Shown here: positions 17,902 through 28,530 of the stretch, piece by piece | Layout: each line of letters opens with the position of its first letter | Position numbering within the stretch: the first letter of the stretch is position 1 | Assembly (NCBI GenBank): GCA_035275445.1 | Contig: DATEMT010000027.1 | Coordinates: forward strand, 1 to 33,671 | Reading direction: 5' to 3' | DNA from: Methyloceanibacter sp. | GTDB lineage: Bacteria; Pseudomonadota; Alphaproteobacteria; Rhizobiales; Methyloligellaceae | DNA length: 33,671 bases | Position numbers and translations under genes: made by a program | Notes under the pieces: model-generated | What the model was told of the DNA's origin: nothing | Databases searched by the model: none | What the model saw: only the letters and a program-made list of their open reading frames with translations

Positions 17902-18696
17902 TCACTTGAACTGGTCGTAATAGCTTTGGCTTTGACCGCCGCGCGGCGCGCGCTCGGGCGGGGTTGCCCGCGTCATATCGGCGCCCGCGAGCGCATAGGC
18001 TCTTGCCGTCACCTCGTTGAACGCCGCTTCGACCTGCTGCTGGTAGCGCTTGAAGTCCTCGGCGCGGATATCGCCCGGGACGTAGATCGGAGGTCCCATG
18101 GCGATGCCGATCTTCGAGAAGGGAAGGTTGATGGTCATGCGGCTCCAGGATTTCGCCGACCAGTAGCGCGAACTCGCGACCGCGAAAGGAACGATGGGCC
18201 GCCCCGAGCGACTGCTGATCATGACGATGCCGGGACCCGCTTTGCGCGCCGGGCCGGGCGGAACGTCGGCCGTCAAAGCGACGCTGAAACCTTCCCTCAA
18301 GGAGGCAATCAACCCGTGCGCCGCCTCCGTCCCGCCGCGGTCGCGGCTTGTGCTGCGCCCGGCCGCTCCCGCGCCGCGAACGAGTTCGAGGCCGAAACTG
18401 CGAAGAATGCGCGCAAGCGCCTCGGCGTCTTCGTGCCGTGCAACGATGGCGCGACCGGGAACGTCGCGCGGATAGATCGCCGGCAACAGAAAGAACTGTC
18501 CGTGCCACAGACCGATAATGGACGGATGAAGCGCGCGCCCGCGGTCCTCATAGTCGGAGGGATCGGCGACAATCGTCGAAGTGTTGACGACGAGCTTGAT
18601 GTAGTTGACGACAATGGGCGCCATGACGGCGTGCACCGGCCGGCGCAAGCGCGCGCGCAGCCGGCGGACCCAAGGTATCTTCCAAAACGACGCCAC
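17902..18696 (-). CDS. DUF374 / lysophospholipid acyltransferase-family protein
   Basis: LWHGQ, ARHEDAE, GLELVRG, ALTADVP.GP, GRPIVP, SWSRM.INLPF; GTG at 18696 with GGAG RBS is preferred over 18891. Confidence 0.83.
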   Translation of the reverse strand: MASFWKIPWVRRLRARLRRPVHAVMAPIVVNYIKLVVNTSTIVADPSDYEDRGRALHPSIIGLWHGQFFLLPAIYPRDVPGRAIVARHEDAEALARILRSFGLELVRGAGAAGRSTSRDRGGTEAAHGLIASLREGFSVALTADVPPGPARKAGPGIVMISSRSGRPIVPFAVASSRYWSAKSWSRMTINLPFSKIGIAMGPPIYVPGDIRAEDFKRYQQQVEAAFNEVTARAYALAGADMTRATPPERAPRGGQSQSYYDQFK

Positions 18697-18872
18697 CGAC
18701 GGCTCCGGAAAAACGCTGGTCCGGGCTGAGTACAACAGGAACCGCGCCTTTGGTAGCCTGCTCTCCGCCGTGGGCGCGATTTGCGGGTCGGAAAGTCCAT
18801 TGTTCCGGGCAGGCTTTCCGCTCGGACCACCTTGCGCTTCCGCCCGATTGCATTTAACCAACCCCTCGTTGA

Positions 18873-19892
<1,020 letters not shown>

Positions 19893-19936
19893 CGTCTCAA
19901 CCCGATCGCGAGCCGGGCCGAGAGGCGCGACTGCCG

Positions 19937-21106
19937 ATGAACATCCACGAATACCAGGCCAAAGCCCTGCTCAAGGCGTATGGCGCGCCGGTGACCGAGG
20001 GCCGCGTCGCGGCGAGCCCGCAAGAAGCGGCCGACCATGCCCGCGCGCTCGGCGGCGACGTCTTCGTGGTGAAGGCGCAGATCCACGCCGGCGGCAGAGG
20101 CAAGGGCGGCGGAATCAAGCTCGTCAAGACGTTGTCGGAACTTCACGCCGAAGCCGGCCGCATCCTCGGCATGACGCTGGTCACGCCGCAGACGGGACCC
20201 AAGGGCCGGCTCGTCCGCCACGTCTATATCGTCAAGGACACGACCATCGCGCGGGAGCTCTATCTCTCGCTCCTGGTCGATCGCGGCTCGGGGCGCATCG
20301 CCTTCGTCGCCTCGACCGAGGGCGGCATGGATATCGAGGCGGTTGCCGCCAACAACCCCGAAAAGATCGTGACGCTGACCGTCGATCCCGCCTCCGGCAT
20401 CAGCGACTTTCACGGCCGGATCATCGCCTCGGCGCTTCGGCTCGAAGGCGCGCTCGCCAAGCAATGCGGCAGCCTCGTCAAAGCGCTCTATCGGCTGTTC
20501 GTCGAGAAGGACGCGAGCCTGATCGAGATCAACCCGCTGGTCGTGACCAAGGAGGGCAATCTTGCTTGCCTCGATGCCAAAATCGGCTTCGACGACAACG
20601 CGCTGTTCCGTCACAAGGACGTTGCCTCCTTGCGCGACATTCACGAGGAGGATCCGGCCGAGGTCGAGGCCGGCGATCTCGGGCTGTCTTACGTCAAGCT
20701 CGACGGCTCGATCGGCTGCATGGTCAACGGCGCGGGGCTCGCCATGGCTACCATGGACATCATCAAGCTTTACGGCGGGGAGCCTGCCAATTTCCTCGAT
20801 GTCGGCGGCGGCGCCGACAAGGAACGCGTGACCGAAGCGTTCAGGATCATTCTCTCCGACCCGAATGTGAAGGCCATCCTCGTCAACATCTTCGGCGGCA
20901 TCATGCGCTGCGACATCATTGCCGAGGGCATCATCGCGGCGGCGCACGCGACCGATATCGCGGTTCCGTTGATCGTGCGGCTCGAAGGCACCAATGTCGC
21001 GCGCGGCAAGGAGCTGCTGGCAGAGTCCGGCCTCGCCGTCATTCCCGCCGACGATCTCGACGATGCCGCCAAGAAGGCGGTCGCCGCCGTGAAGAGCGCC
21101 GCGTGA
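19937..21106 (+). CDS. sucC: Succinate-CoA ligase beta subunit
   Basis: [54 protein letters not shown]. Confidence 0.96.
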   Translation: MNIHEYQAKALLKAYGAPVTEGRVAASPQEAADHARALGGDVFVVKAQIHAGGRGKGGGIKLVKTLSELHAEAGRILGMTLVTPQTGPKGRLVRHVYIVKDTTIARELYLSLLVDRGSGRIAFVASTEGGMDIEAVAANNPEKIVTLTVDPASGISDFHGRIIASALRLEGALAKQCGSLVKALYRLFVEKDASLIEINPLVVTKEGNLACLDAKIGFDDNALFRHKDVASLRDIHEEDPAEVEAGDLGLSYVKLDGSIGCMVNGAGLAMATMDIIKLYGGEPANFLDVGGGADKERVTEAFRIILSDPNVKAILVNIFGGIMRCDIIAEGIIAAAHATDIAVPLIVRLEGTNVARGKELLAESGLAVIPADDLDDAAKKAVAAVKSAA

Positions 21107-21124
21107 TAGCGTCCCCATAAAGCC

Positions 21125-21997
21125 ATGTCCGTTCTCGTCGATAAGCGCAGCCGCGTCATCTGCCAGGGCTTCACCGGCGCGCAAGGCACGTTCCATTCCG
21201 AGCAGGCGATCGCTTACGGCACGCGCATGGTCGGCGGCGTGACGCCGGGCAAGGGCGGCACCACCCATCTCGGCCTTCCTGTCTTCGACACGGTCAGCGA
21301 GGCGGCCGCGGCGACCGGCGCCGATGCGAGCGTGGTTTATGTGCCCGCTGCCTATGCTGCCGATGCCATCCTCGAGGCGATCGACGCCGCCATCCCCCTC
21401 GTCGTCTGCATCACCGAAGGCGTGCCCGTGCTCGACATGGTCAAGGTCAAGCGGGCGCTTTGCGGCTCGGACACCCGTCTGATCGGCCCGAACTGCCCCG
21501 GCATCATCACGCCGGGCGAGTGCAAGATCGGCATCATGCCGGGCCATATCCATAAGCCCGGAAAGGTCGGCATCGTGTCGCGCTCGGGCACGCTGACCTA
21601 TGAGGCGGTGGCCCAGACCACGGCGGCCGGCCTCGGCCAGTCGACGTGCATCGGCATCGGCGGCGATCCCGTCAACGGCACCAATTTCGTCGATGCGCTA
21701 TCCTTGTTCCTCGCCGACGACGCCACCGAGGCGATCATCATGATCGGCGAAATCGGCGGCAGCGCCGAGGAGGACGGCGCCGAGTTCCTGATAAAGGCCG
21801 GTAACACGAAACCGGTGGTCGGCTTCGTCGCCGGCGCGACCGCGCCGCCGGGGCGGCGCATGGGCCATGCCGGTGCCGTGATTTCAGGCGGTAAAGGCGA
21901 CGCTAAGCACAAAGTTGAGGCAATGCGCGACGCCGGAATTGTCGTGGCAAACTCGCCTGCGGCCCTTGGAACGACCCTTGCAGGTCTCCTGAATTGA
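21125..21997 (+). CDS. sucD: Succinate-CoA ligase alpha subunit
   Basis: [32 protein letters not shown] (phospho-His). Confidence 0.97.
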   Translation: MSVLVDKRSRVICQGFTGAQGTFHSEQAIAYGTRMVGGVTPGKGGTTHLGLPVFDTVSEAAAATGADASVVYVPAAYAADAILEAIDAAIPLVVCITEGVPVLDMVKVKRALCGSDTRLIGPNCPGIITPGECKIGIMPGHIHKPGKVGIVSRSGTLTYEAVAQTTAAGLGQSTCIGIGGDPVNGTNFVDALSLFLADDATEAIIMIGEIGGSAEEDGAEFLIKAGNTKPVVGFVAGATAPPGRRMGHAGAVISGGKGDAKHKVEAMRDAGIVVANSPAALGTTLAGLLN

Positions 21998-22099
21998 ACC
22001 GCCCCTGCCGGCCTCCTAAATACGATGTGAAGCCAAACGCCTAACGCTCGCCTTGTTTGCCCCGCAAAGCCGGTGGATCAAAACCGGCAGGTTTATTCG

Positions 22100-24955
22100 A
22101 TGACAAGACATGAATTGAACGAGGTGTTTGCCCGCACGTCGTTCCTCCAGGGCGCGAACGCCACCTACCTCGCCGAACTCCACGCCCGTTACGAACAGGA
22201 CCCCGCCTCGGTCGATGCCGATTGGCGCGCGTTTTTCGCGAGCCTCGACGACAACAAGGAGAGCGTGCTGGCCGAAGCGCGCGGCCCCTCTTGGGCAGCG
22301 CAGCGCGCGCAGTCGTCGTCGCCGTTACAAGGTGTGAGCGGCGAACGGGAAGCGCTCGACGCGGCGCGCGACACGCTCGCCGCCCGCATGCTGATCCGCA
22401 ACTACCGCACGCGGGGGCACCTCGCCGCCAAGCTCGACCCGCTCGAGCTCGTCGATCGCCGCGAGCATTCCGAGCTCAGGCCCAAGACCTACGGCTTCAC
22501 CAAGCGGGACTACGACCGGCCCATCTATATCGGCGGCGTGTTCGGTTTCGAATTCGCGACGCTGCGGCAGATCCTCGACATTCTCAAGCAGACCTATTGC
22601 GGCCATATCGGCGCCGAGTACATGCATATTTCCGACCCCGAGCAGCGGGCATGGATTCAGGACCGCCTCGAGGGGCGCGAGGCCGGCTTCACCACCAAGG
22701 GCAAGATCGCCATCCTCAAGAAGCTGATCGAGGCCGAGGCGTTCGAACGCTTCCTCGATGTGAAATACACCGGCACCAAGCGCTTCGGTCTCGACGGCGG
22801 CGAGTCGATGGTGCCGGCGCTCGAACAGATCATCAAGCGCGGCGGCCAGCTCGGCGTCGGCGAGATCGTGATCGGCATGCCGCATCGTGGCCGTCTCAAT
22901 GTTCTCGCCAATGTCATGGCCAAGCCCTATCGGGCGATCTTCAACGAGTTCAGGGGCGGCTCGGCCCATCCCGACGAAGTCGAAGGTTCGGGCGACGTCA
23001 AGTATCACCTCGGCGCGTCTTCCGACCGCGAGTTCGACCTGAACCGCGTGCATCTGTCGCTCACGGCCAACCCCTCGCATCTGGAGATCGTCGATCCCGT
23101 GGTGCTGGGCAAGGTCCGCGCCAAGCAGGACCAGCGCGGCGACCGGGAACGCAAAGAAGTCCTGCCGCTTCTCCTGCATGGCGATGCGGCTTTCGCCGGC
23201 CAGGGCGTGGTGGCGGAATGTCTCGGACTTTCGGGTTTGCGCGGGCACCGCACCGGCGGCTCGCTGCATTTCATCGTCAACAATCAGATCGGCTTCACCA
23301 CCGCGCCGCGCTTTTCGCGCTCCTCGCCCTACCCCTCCGACGTCGCCAAGATGATCGATGCGCCGATCTTTCACGTGAACGGCGACGACCCCGAGGCCGT
23401 GGTCTACGTCGCCAAGATCGCGACGGAGTTCCGCCAGCGCTTCGGCAAGCCGGTCGTGATCGACATGTTCTGCTACCGGCGCCACGGCCACAACGAGGCC
23501 GACGAGCCCGCCTTCACCCAGCCGTTGATGTACCGGCGCATCGCCGACCATCCGCGCGTGGTCGAAGTTTACGCCCGCAAGCTCGTTGCCGACGGGCTGC
23601 TGACCGAGGCCGAGGTCGCGGCGATGCAGGCCGAGTTCCGCGACCTGCTCGAGGAGGAGTTCGGCGCCGGCGAAGCCTACCGGCCGAACCGCGCCGATTG
23701 GCTCGACGGCAGATGGTCCGGCATCGGCCATGCCGAGGAAGGGGCGCGGCGCGGCGATACCGGCGTCGCGCTCGACGTCTTGCGCGAAGTCGGCCGCAAG
23801 CTCACCTCGTTCCCCAAGAGCTTTACCCCGCACAAGACCATCGCCCGCATCATGGCGGCGCGCCGCAAGATGATCGAAGACGGGCAAGGGATCGATTGGG
23901 CCACCGCCGAAGCGCTCGCTTACGGCACGCTCCTCGTCGAGGGCTTTCGCGTCAGGCTCTCGGGCCAGGACTCCGAGCGCGGCACCTTCTCCCAGCGCCA
24001 TGCCGTGCTGATGGACCAGGAGAATGAAAAGAAATACACCCCGCTGAAGCACCTCGCCAAAAACCAGGCGCCGTTCGAAGTCATCAACTCGATGCTGTCG
24101 GAAGAAGCCGTGCTCGGTTTCGAATACGGCTATAGCCTCGCCGAGCCGAACGCGCTGGTGCTGTGGGAAGCACAGTTCGGCGATTTCGCCAACGGCGCGC
24201 AAGTCATCATCGACCAGTTCATTTCCTCGGGCGAGCGCAAATGGCTGCGCATGTCGGGGCTCGTTCTGCTGCTGCCGCACGGCTATGAGGGCCAGGGGCC
24301 GGAACATTCCTCGGCACGGCTTGAGCGCTATCTCCAGCTCTGTGCCGAGGACAATTGGCAGATCGCGAATTGCACCACGCCCGCCAATTACTTTCACATC
24401 CTCAGGCGACAGCTCCACCGCCAGTTCCGCAAGCCGCTCGTGTTGATGACGCCGAAATCGCTGCTGCGCCACAAACGCGTGGTCTCGACCTTGGCCCAGC
24501 TCGGCCCGGGCTCGAGCTTCCATCGCCTCCTATGGGACGACGCCCAGTTTCTCCCCGGCCAGATCATCAAGCTCGCACCCGACAATGCCATCCGCCGCGT
24601 GGTGCTCTGCTCGGGCAAGGTCTATTACGATCTCTACGACGAACGCGAGAAGCGCGGACTCAACGACATCTATCTGCTCAGGATCGAGCAGCTTTATCCC
24701 TTCCCCGCGCGCGCCCTGATCCAGGAGCTCGGCCGCTTCAAGGACGCCGAGATGGTATGGTGCCAGGAGGAGCCGAAGAACATGGGCGCCTGGAACTTCA
24801 TCGAGCCGAACCTCGAATGGGTGCTCGATCATATCGGCGCGCGCTATCGGCGGGCGCGCTATGCCGGGCGGCCGAGCTCGGCGGCGACGGCGACAGGCTT
24901 GATGAAAAAGCATATGCATGAATTGAAGGGGCTGCTCGAAGAGGCGCTTGGCTAG
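22100..24955 (+). CDS. sucA: 2-oxoglutarate dehydrogenase E1
   Basis: KRFGLDG, GMPHRGRLN, GDVKYHLG, NPSHLE, HGDAAFAGQG, WEAQFGDF, LPHGYEGQGPEHSS. Confidence 0.98.
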   Translation: MTRHELNEVFARTSFLQGANATYLAELHARYEQDPASVDADWRAFFASLDDNKESVLAEARGPSWAAQRAQSSSPLQGVSGEREALDAARDTLAARMLIRNYRTRGHLAAKLDPLELVDRREHSELRPKTYGFTKRDYDRPIYIGGVFGFEFATLRQILDILKQTYCGHIGAEYMHISDPEQRAWIQDRLEGREAGFTTKGKIAILKKLIEAEAFERFLDVKYTGTKRFGLDGGESMVPALEQIIKRGGQLGVGEIVIGMPHRGRLNVLANVMAKPYRAIFNEFRGGSAHPDEVEGSGDVKYHLGASSDREFDLNRVHLSLTANPSHLEIVDPVVLGKVRAKQDQRGDRERKEVLPLLLHGDAAFAGQGVVAECLGLSGLRGHRTGGSLHFIVNNQIGFTTAPRFSRSSPYPSDVAKMIDAPIFHVNGDDPEAVVYVAKIATEFRQRFGKPVVIDMFCYRRHGHNEADEPAFTQPLMYRRIADHPRVVEVYARKLVADGLLTEAEVAAMQAEFRDLLEEEFGAGEAYRPNRADWLDGRWSGIGHAEEGARRGDTGVALDVLREVGRKLTSFPKSFTPHKTIARIMAARRKMIEDGQGIDWATAEALAYGTLLVEGFRVRLSGQDSERGTFSQRHAVLMDQENEKKYTPLKHLAKNQAPFEVINSMLSEEAVLGFEYGYSLAEPNALVLWEAQFGDFANGAQVIIDQFISSGERKWLRMSGLVLLLPHGYEGQGPEHSSARLERYLQLCAEDNWQIANCTTPANYFHILRRQLHRQFRKPLVLMTPKSLLRHKRVVSTLAQLGPGSSFHRLLWDDAQFLPGQIIKLAPDNAIRRVVLCSGKVYYDLYDEREKRGLNDIYLLRIEQLYPFPARALIQELGRFKDAEMVWCQEEPKNMGAWNFIEPNLEWVLDHIGARYRRARYAGRPSSAATATGLMKKHMHELKGLLEEALG

Positions 24956-24970
24956 GCGGAAGTGGGACCG

Positions 24971-26206
24971 ATGGCGACCGAGATCAGGGTGCCGAGCTTG
25001 GGGGAATCCGTGGTCGAGGCCACGGTGGGGCAATGGTTCAAGCAAGCGGGCGACGCGGTCGCGGCCGATGAGCCCCTGGTCGAGCTCGAAACCGACAAGG
25101 TGACGGTCGAGGTGCCCGCGCCCGCATCCGGCGTTCTCGCCGAGATCGCGGTGAAGCAAGGCGACACCGTCGCGGTCGGCGCCGTGCTCGGCACGATCGG
25201 TGACGGCGCGGCCATGCCTGAAGCGGCGGCGCCGGTGAGAACGCCCGCGCCGCCGACCGGACCCAAAAAACTCGAACGCGAGCCGAGCCCGCGCCATGAG
25301 ATCGGCATGGAAGAGATGCCGCCCTCGCCTGCCGCGCGCAAGCTCCTGGTCGAATCCGACCTCGGCGCGGGCGAGGTGACCGGCTCGGGCCGGCGCGGTC
25401 AGGTGCTCAAGGACGACGTGACGAAAGCCGCCGAGGCGCTCCGCACGCGCGAGCGCAAGGAGAAGGCGCCGCCCCCGGCCCGCGCGCCGATCGCTTCGGG
25501 CGATGCCGCGCGCGAAGAGCGCGTGCGCATGTCGCGGCTCCGCCAGACCATCGCCAAGCGCCTCAAGGAGGCGCAGGACACCGCCGCCATGCTCACCACC
25601 TTCAACGACGTGGACATGAGCGCGGTCATGCGATTGCGGAGCGAGCACCGCGACGCTTTCGAGAAGCGGCACGGGGTCAAGCTCGGCTTCATGGGATTTT
25701 TCGTCAAAGCCGCGGCGCAGGCCTTGAAGGACGTTCCCGCCGTCAATGCCGAGATCGACGGCGAGGACATCGTCTACAAGAACTACTACCACATCGGCAT
25801 TGCCGTCGGCACCGAGCGCGGCCTTGTCGTGCCCGTGTTGCGCGACGCCGATCGCAAGAGCCTCGCCGAGATCGAAAGCGCGATCGCCGATTTCGGCGTC
25901 CGCGCCCGCAGCGGCAAGCTATCGCTCGAGGAGCTGCAAGGCGGGACCTTCACCATTTCCAATGGCGGCATCTACGGCTCGCTGCTCTCGACCCCGATCC
26001 TCAACGCGCCGCAATCGGGCATCCTCGGCATGCACCGCATCGAGGAGCGCGCGGTGGTGCGCGACGGCGCGATCGTGGCACGGCCGATGATGTATCTCGC
26101 GCTCTCCTACGACCACCGCCTGGTCGATGGACGCGAGGCCGTCACCTTCCTCGTCCACGTCAAGGAAGCGCTCGAAGACCCCAAGCGTCTCGCAGTGGAT
26201 TTCTAG
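24971..26206 (+). CDS. sucB: Dihydrolipoamide succinyltransferase E2
   Basis: Lipoyl domain [22 protein letters not shown], catalytic SYDHRLVDG. Confidence 0.97.
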   Translation: MATEIRVPSLGESVVEATVGQWFKQAGDAVAADEPLVELETDKVTVEVPAPASGVLAEIAVKQGDTVAVGAVLGTIGDGAAMPEAAAPVRTPAPPTGPKKLEREPSPRHEIGMEEMPPSPAARKLLVESDLGAGEVTGSGRRGQVLKDDVTKAAEALRTRERKEKAPPPARAPIASGDAAREERVRMSRLRQTIAKRLKEAQDTAAMLTTFNDVDMSAVMRLRSEHRDAFEKRHGVKLGFMGFFVKAAAQALKDVPAVNAEIDGEDIVYKNYYHIGIAVGTERGLVVPVLRDADRKSLAEIESAIADFGVRARSGKLSLEELQGGTFTISNGGIYGSLLSTPILNAPQSGILGMHRIEERAVVRDGAIVARPMMYLALSYDHRLVDGREAVTFLVHVKEALEDPKRLAVDF

Positions 26207-26210
26207 GGCG

Positions 26211-27611
26211 ATGGCGCAATACGACCTCATCGTCATCGGCACCGGTCCCGGCGGCTATGTCTGCGCCATCCGCGCAGCACAGCTCGGCATGAAAGTCGGC
26301 GTGGTCGAGAAGCGCGCGACCCACGGCGGCACCTGCCTCAATGTCGGCTGCATCCCGTCGAAGGCGTTGCTCCATGCGAGCGAACGCTACGCCGAAGCGG
26401 AACACGGCTTTGCCGCCATGGGCATCAAGGTCGCGCCGGTTCTCGACCTTGCCGCCATGCTCGCCTTCAAGGATGCGGGCGTCAAAGGCAATGTCGATGG
26501 CGTCGCCTATCTCCTGAAGAAGCACAAGATCGACCACTTCCACGGGACGGGCCGCGTGCTCGGAGCGGGCAAAGTCGAGGTCACCTTCATCAACGGCGAG
26601 AAGCAGGTGGTGGAGACGAAGGCGATCGTCATCGCTACGGGATCGGAGGTCATGAGCCTTCCCGGCATCGCCATCGACGAGAAGCGCATCCTGTCCTCGA
26701 CCGGGGCACTTTCGCTTGCCGAAGTGCCGAAGCGCATGGTCGTGATCGGCGCGGGCTATATCGGGCTCGAGCTCGGCTCGGTGTGGTCGCGGCTCGGGGC
26801 GCAAGTCACCGTGATCGAGATGCTCGACCGCGTCGCGCCCGGGCTCGACGGGGAGGTGGCCAAGCAGTTGCAGCGCACGCTTGCCAAGCAAGGCATCGCC
26901 TTCAGGCTTGGCACCAAGGTCGCGGGCGTCGACAGCACGGGCAAGTCCCTTGAATTGACTCTCGAGCCGGCCAAGGGCGGCGCGGCCGAGACGCTCGAAT
27001 GCGACGTGGTTCTTGTCGCCGTTGGCCGCGTTCCCAACACGCAAGGCCTCGGTCTCGCCGAAGCCGGGATCGCCACCGACAATCGCGGCCGGATCGCAGT
27101 CGATGACAAATTCGCAACCGGCCTGCCCGGAATCTACGCCATCGGCGACGTGATCGAAGGCCCGATGCTGGCGCACAAGGCCGAGGAGGAAGGCGTGGCG
27201 GTCGCCGAGAGTCTGGCGGGCCAAGCCGGGCATGTCGATTACCGCACGATTCCGAGCGTGGTCTATACCGCGCCGGAGGTCGCCTCGGTCGGCAAGACCG
27301 AGGAGGAGCTGAAGGCGGCCGGCGTCGCCTACAAGGTCGGGAAGTTTCCCTTCACCGCCAACGGCCGCGCCAAGGTCAACCGCACGACCGAAGGCTTCGT
27401 CAAGATCCTCGCCGACGCGACCACCGACCGGGTGCTCGGCGTGCATATCATCGGCGCCGACGCCGGCACCATGATTGCCGAGGCGGTGACGCTGATGGCG
27501 TTCGGCGGCTCGGCCGAGGACCTCGCCCGCATCTGCCACGCCCATCCGACCTTGAACGAGGCGGTGAAGGAAGCGGCGCTCGCCGTGGACAAGCGCCCGA
27601 TCCATATGTGA
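26211..27611 (+). CDS. lpdA: Dihydrolipoamide dehydrogenase E3
   Basis: GTGPGG, GGTCLNVGCIPSK, GAGYIG, HAHPTLNE. Confidence 0.97.
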   Translation: MAQYDLIVIGTGPGGYVCAIRAAQLGMKVGVVEKRATHGGTCLNVGCIPSKALLHASERYAEAEHGFAAMGIKVAPVLDLAAMLAFKDAGVKGNVDGVAYLLKKHKIDHFHGTGRVLGAGKVEVTFINGEKQVVETKAIVIATGSEVMSLPGIAIDEKRILSSTGALSLAEVPKRMVVIGAGYIGLELGSVWSRLGAQVTVIEMLDRVAPGLDGEVAKQLQRTLAKQGIAFRLGTKVAGVDSTGKSLELTLEPAKGGAAETLECDVVLVAVGRVPNTQGLGLAEAGIATDNRGRIAVDDKFATGLPGIYAIGDVIEGPMLAHKAEEEGVAVAESLAGQAGHVDYRTIPSVVYTAPEVASVGKTEEELKAAGVAYKVGKFPFTANGRAKVNRTTEGFVKILADATTDRVLGVHIIGADAGTMIAEAVTLMAFGGSAEDLARICHAHPTLNEAVKEAALAVDKRPIHM

Positions 27612-27617
27612 GCAGGG

Positions 27618-28100
27618 CTAGCGCAGATTGCGCGGCGTGTCGGCGAGAACCGAGGCGAGGAGCGCGGCGAAGCCCAGGAGCTCGGTAAGCGCGATGATCG
27701 CATGCCCCCACTCCCAGCGGGAGCGGTAGGTGGTCCAGTCGCTTGGCACAGGGCCGTTGACCCATTTCACGAGCTCGACATTGACGGGGTAGACCAGCGC
27801 CCACCACAGAATAAGCGCGAGCGCGAACAGAAGCACGGCGGCGAGCGCCATGCCTGCCCCGGGGCGGCGATGCTCGCGGGTGAAATAGGCGAGAAGTCCG
27901 AGCGCGATGACGGTGGCGACGAAGATCGCAGCCCCGACCGAGCCGAACGCGGCGTAGAGCCCGCCCTGCACCGTCGATCCGACCCAGAGATACTGGTCCC
28001 AGCCCAGGCGCGAGGGAAGCTGCATCAGATGGCAGAAGCCGAGCCCGAGCGTGAGCGCGGCAAGCATGACCGCGGCGAAGCGGGTTCCCTTGAGCAGCAT
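27618..28100 (-). CDS. DUF1772 / anthrone oxygenase-like membrane protein (160 aa)
   Basis: Four TMs; CHLMQLP, PVN...W, W..YR.RWEWGH motif. Confidence 0.75.
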   Translation of the reverse strand: MLLKGTRFAAVMLAALTLGLGFCHLMQLPSRLGWDQYLWVGSTVQGGLYAAFGSVGAAIFVATVIALGLLAYFTREHRRPGAGMALAAVLLFALALILWWALVYPVNVELVKWVNGPVPSDWTTYRSRWEWGHAIIALTELLGFAALLASVLADTPRNLR

Positions 28101-28135
28101 GTCGTTCCCTCTCTCTTGCTCGGCCGCGCCGCCGC

Positions 28136-28477
28136 TCACAGTTGCGAGTCTTCGCCCGGCTCTTCGACCACGCGGAAGCGATGCACCACGAGGTCATCGA
28201 TCTCGACCTCGCGCAGGCGCGCTTTGCGGATCTCCAGCGCACCGATGGCGAGAGCGCCGATGGCGAGCGCACCGACGGCCAGCGCGCCCATGGCCAACGA
28301 CCCAACCGCCACCGTTCCCAGAGCCGTGGCGCCCGAGGCGACCGCGTGAAGCTTCAGCGGCGACGATCCTGCCGAGCGCGCACGACTTGCCTCACGCGCA
28401 TCGTCTCTGCGCGGAGCGGAATTCCGCGCGAGAGCGGCGAGACACATCGCCCCAACGATGAATGCCAATCCGCGCAC
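28136..28477 (-). CDS. Small protein with GALA(I/V/M) pentapeptide repeats (103-113 aa)
   Basis: GATAL-GTVAV-GSLAM-GALAV-GALAI-GALAI-GALEI followed by RKARLREVEIDDLVVHRFRV; start is GTG 28477 (GGAGG) or ATG 28447; the ORF track shows it only as the tail of a spurious 528-aa ORF. Confidence 0.7.
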   Translation of the reverse strand: MRGLAFIVGAMCLAALARNSAPRRDDAREASRARSAGSSPLKLHAVASGATALGTVAVGSLAMGALAVGALAIGALAIGALEIRKARLREVEIDDLVVHRFRVVEEPGEDSQL

Positions 28478-28486
28478 GACACCTCC

Positions 28487-28511
28487 AACGCCGCTGCTTC
28501 TAGCACGTTCC
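28487..28511 (-). promoter_or_regulatory. EcfG/sigmaT-type general stress response promoter motif
   Basis: Minus strand GGAAC-gtgctagaagcagcgg(16)-CGTT, an exact match to GGAAC-N16/17-CGTT, in the short gap after the permease stop. Confidence 0.65.
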
Positions 28512-28530
28512 TTGCGCCGGCGCTCCGTCC

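Noticed and set aside
19937-21997. sucCD as serine-cycle malate thiokinase mtkAB
   Set aside because: It is embedded in mdh-suc-sucAB-lpdA with no ppc or mcl neighbours; the HAGGRGK motif is SucC-like
22270-22380. Shorter N-terminal linker in SucA
   Set aside because: It is in-frame, lies in a variable linker and all catalytic motifs are intact
22325-24523. Long antisense or alternate-frame ORFs (732 aa here; also 2682-4451, 5092-7425, 19859-21553, 26160-27605)
   Set aside because: They are shadow ORFs of real high-GC genes, with Arg/Ala/Gly-skewed composition and no motifs
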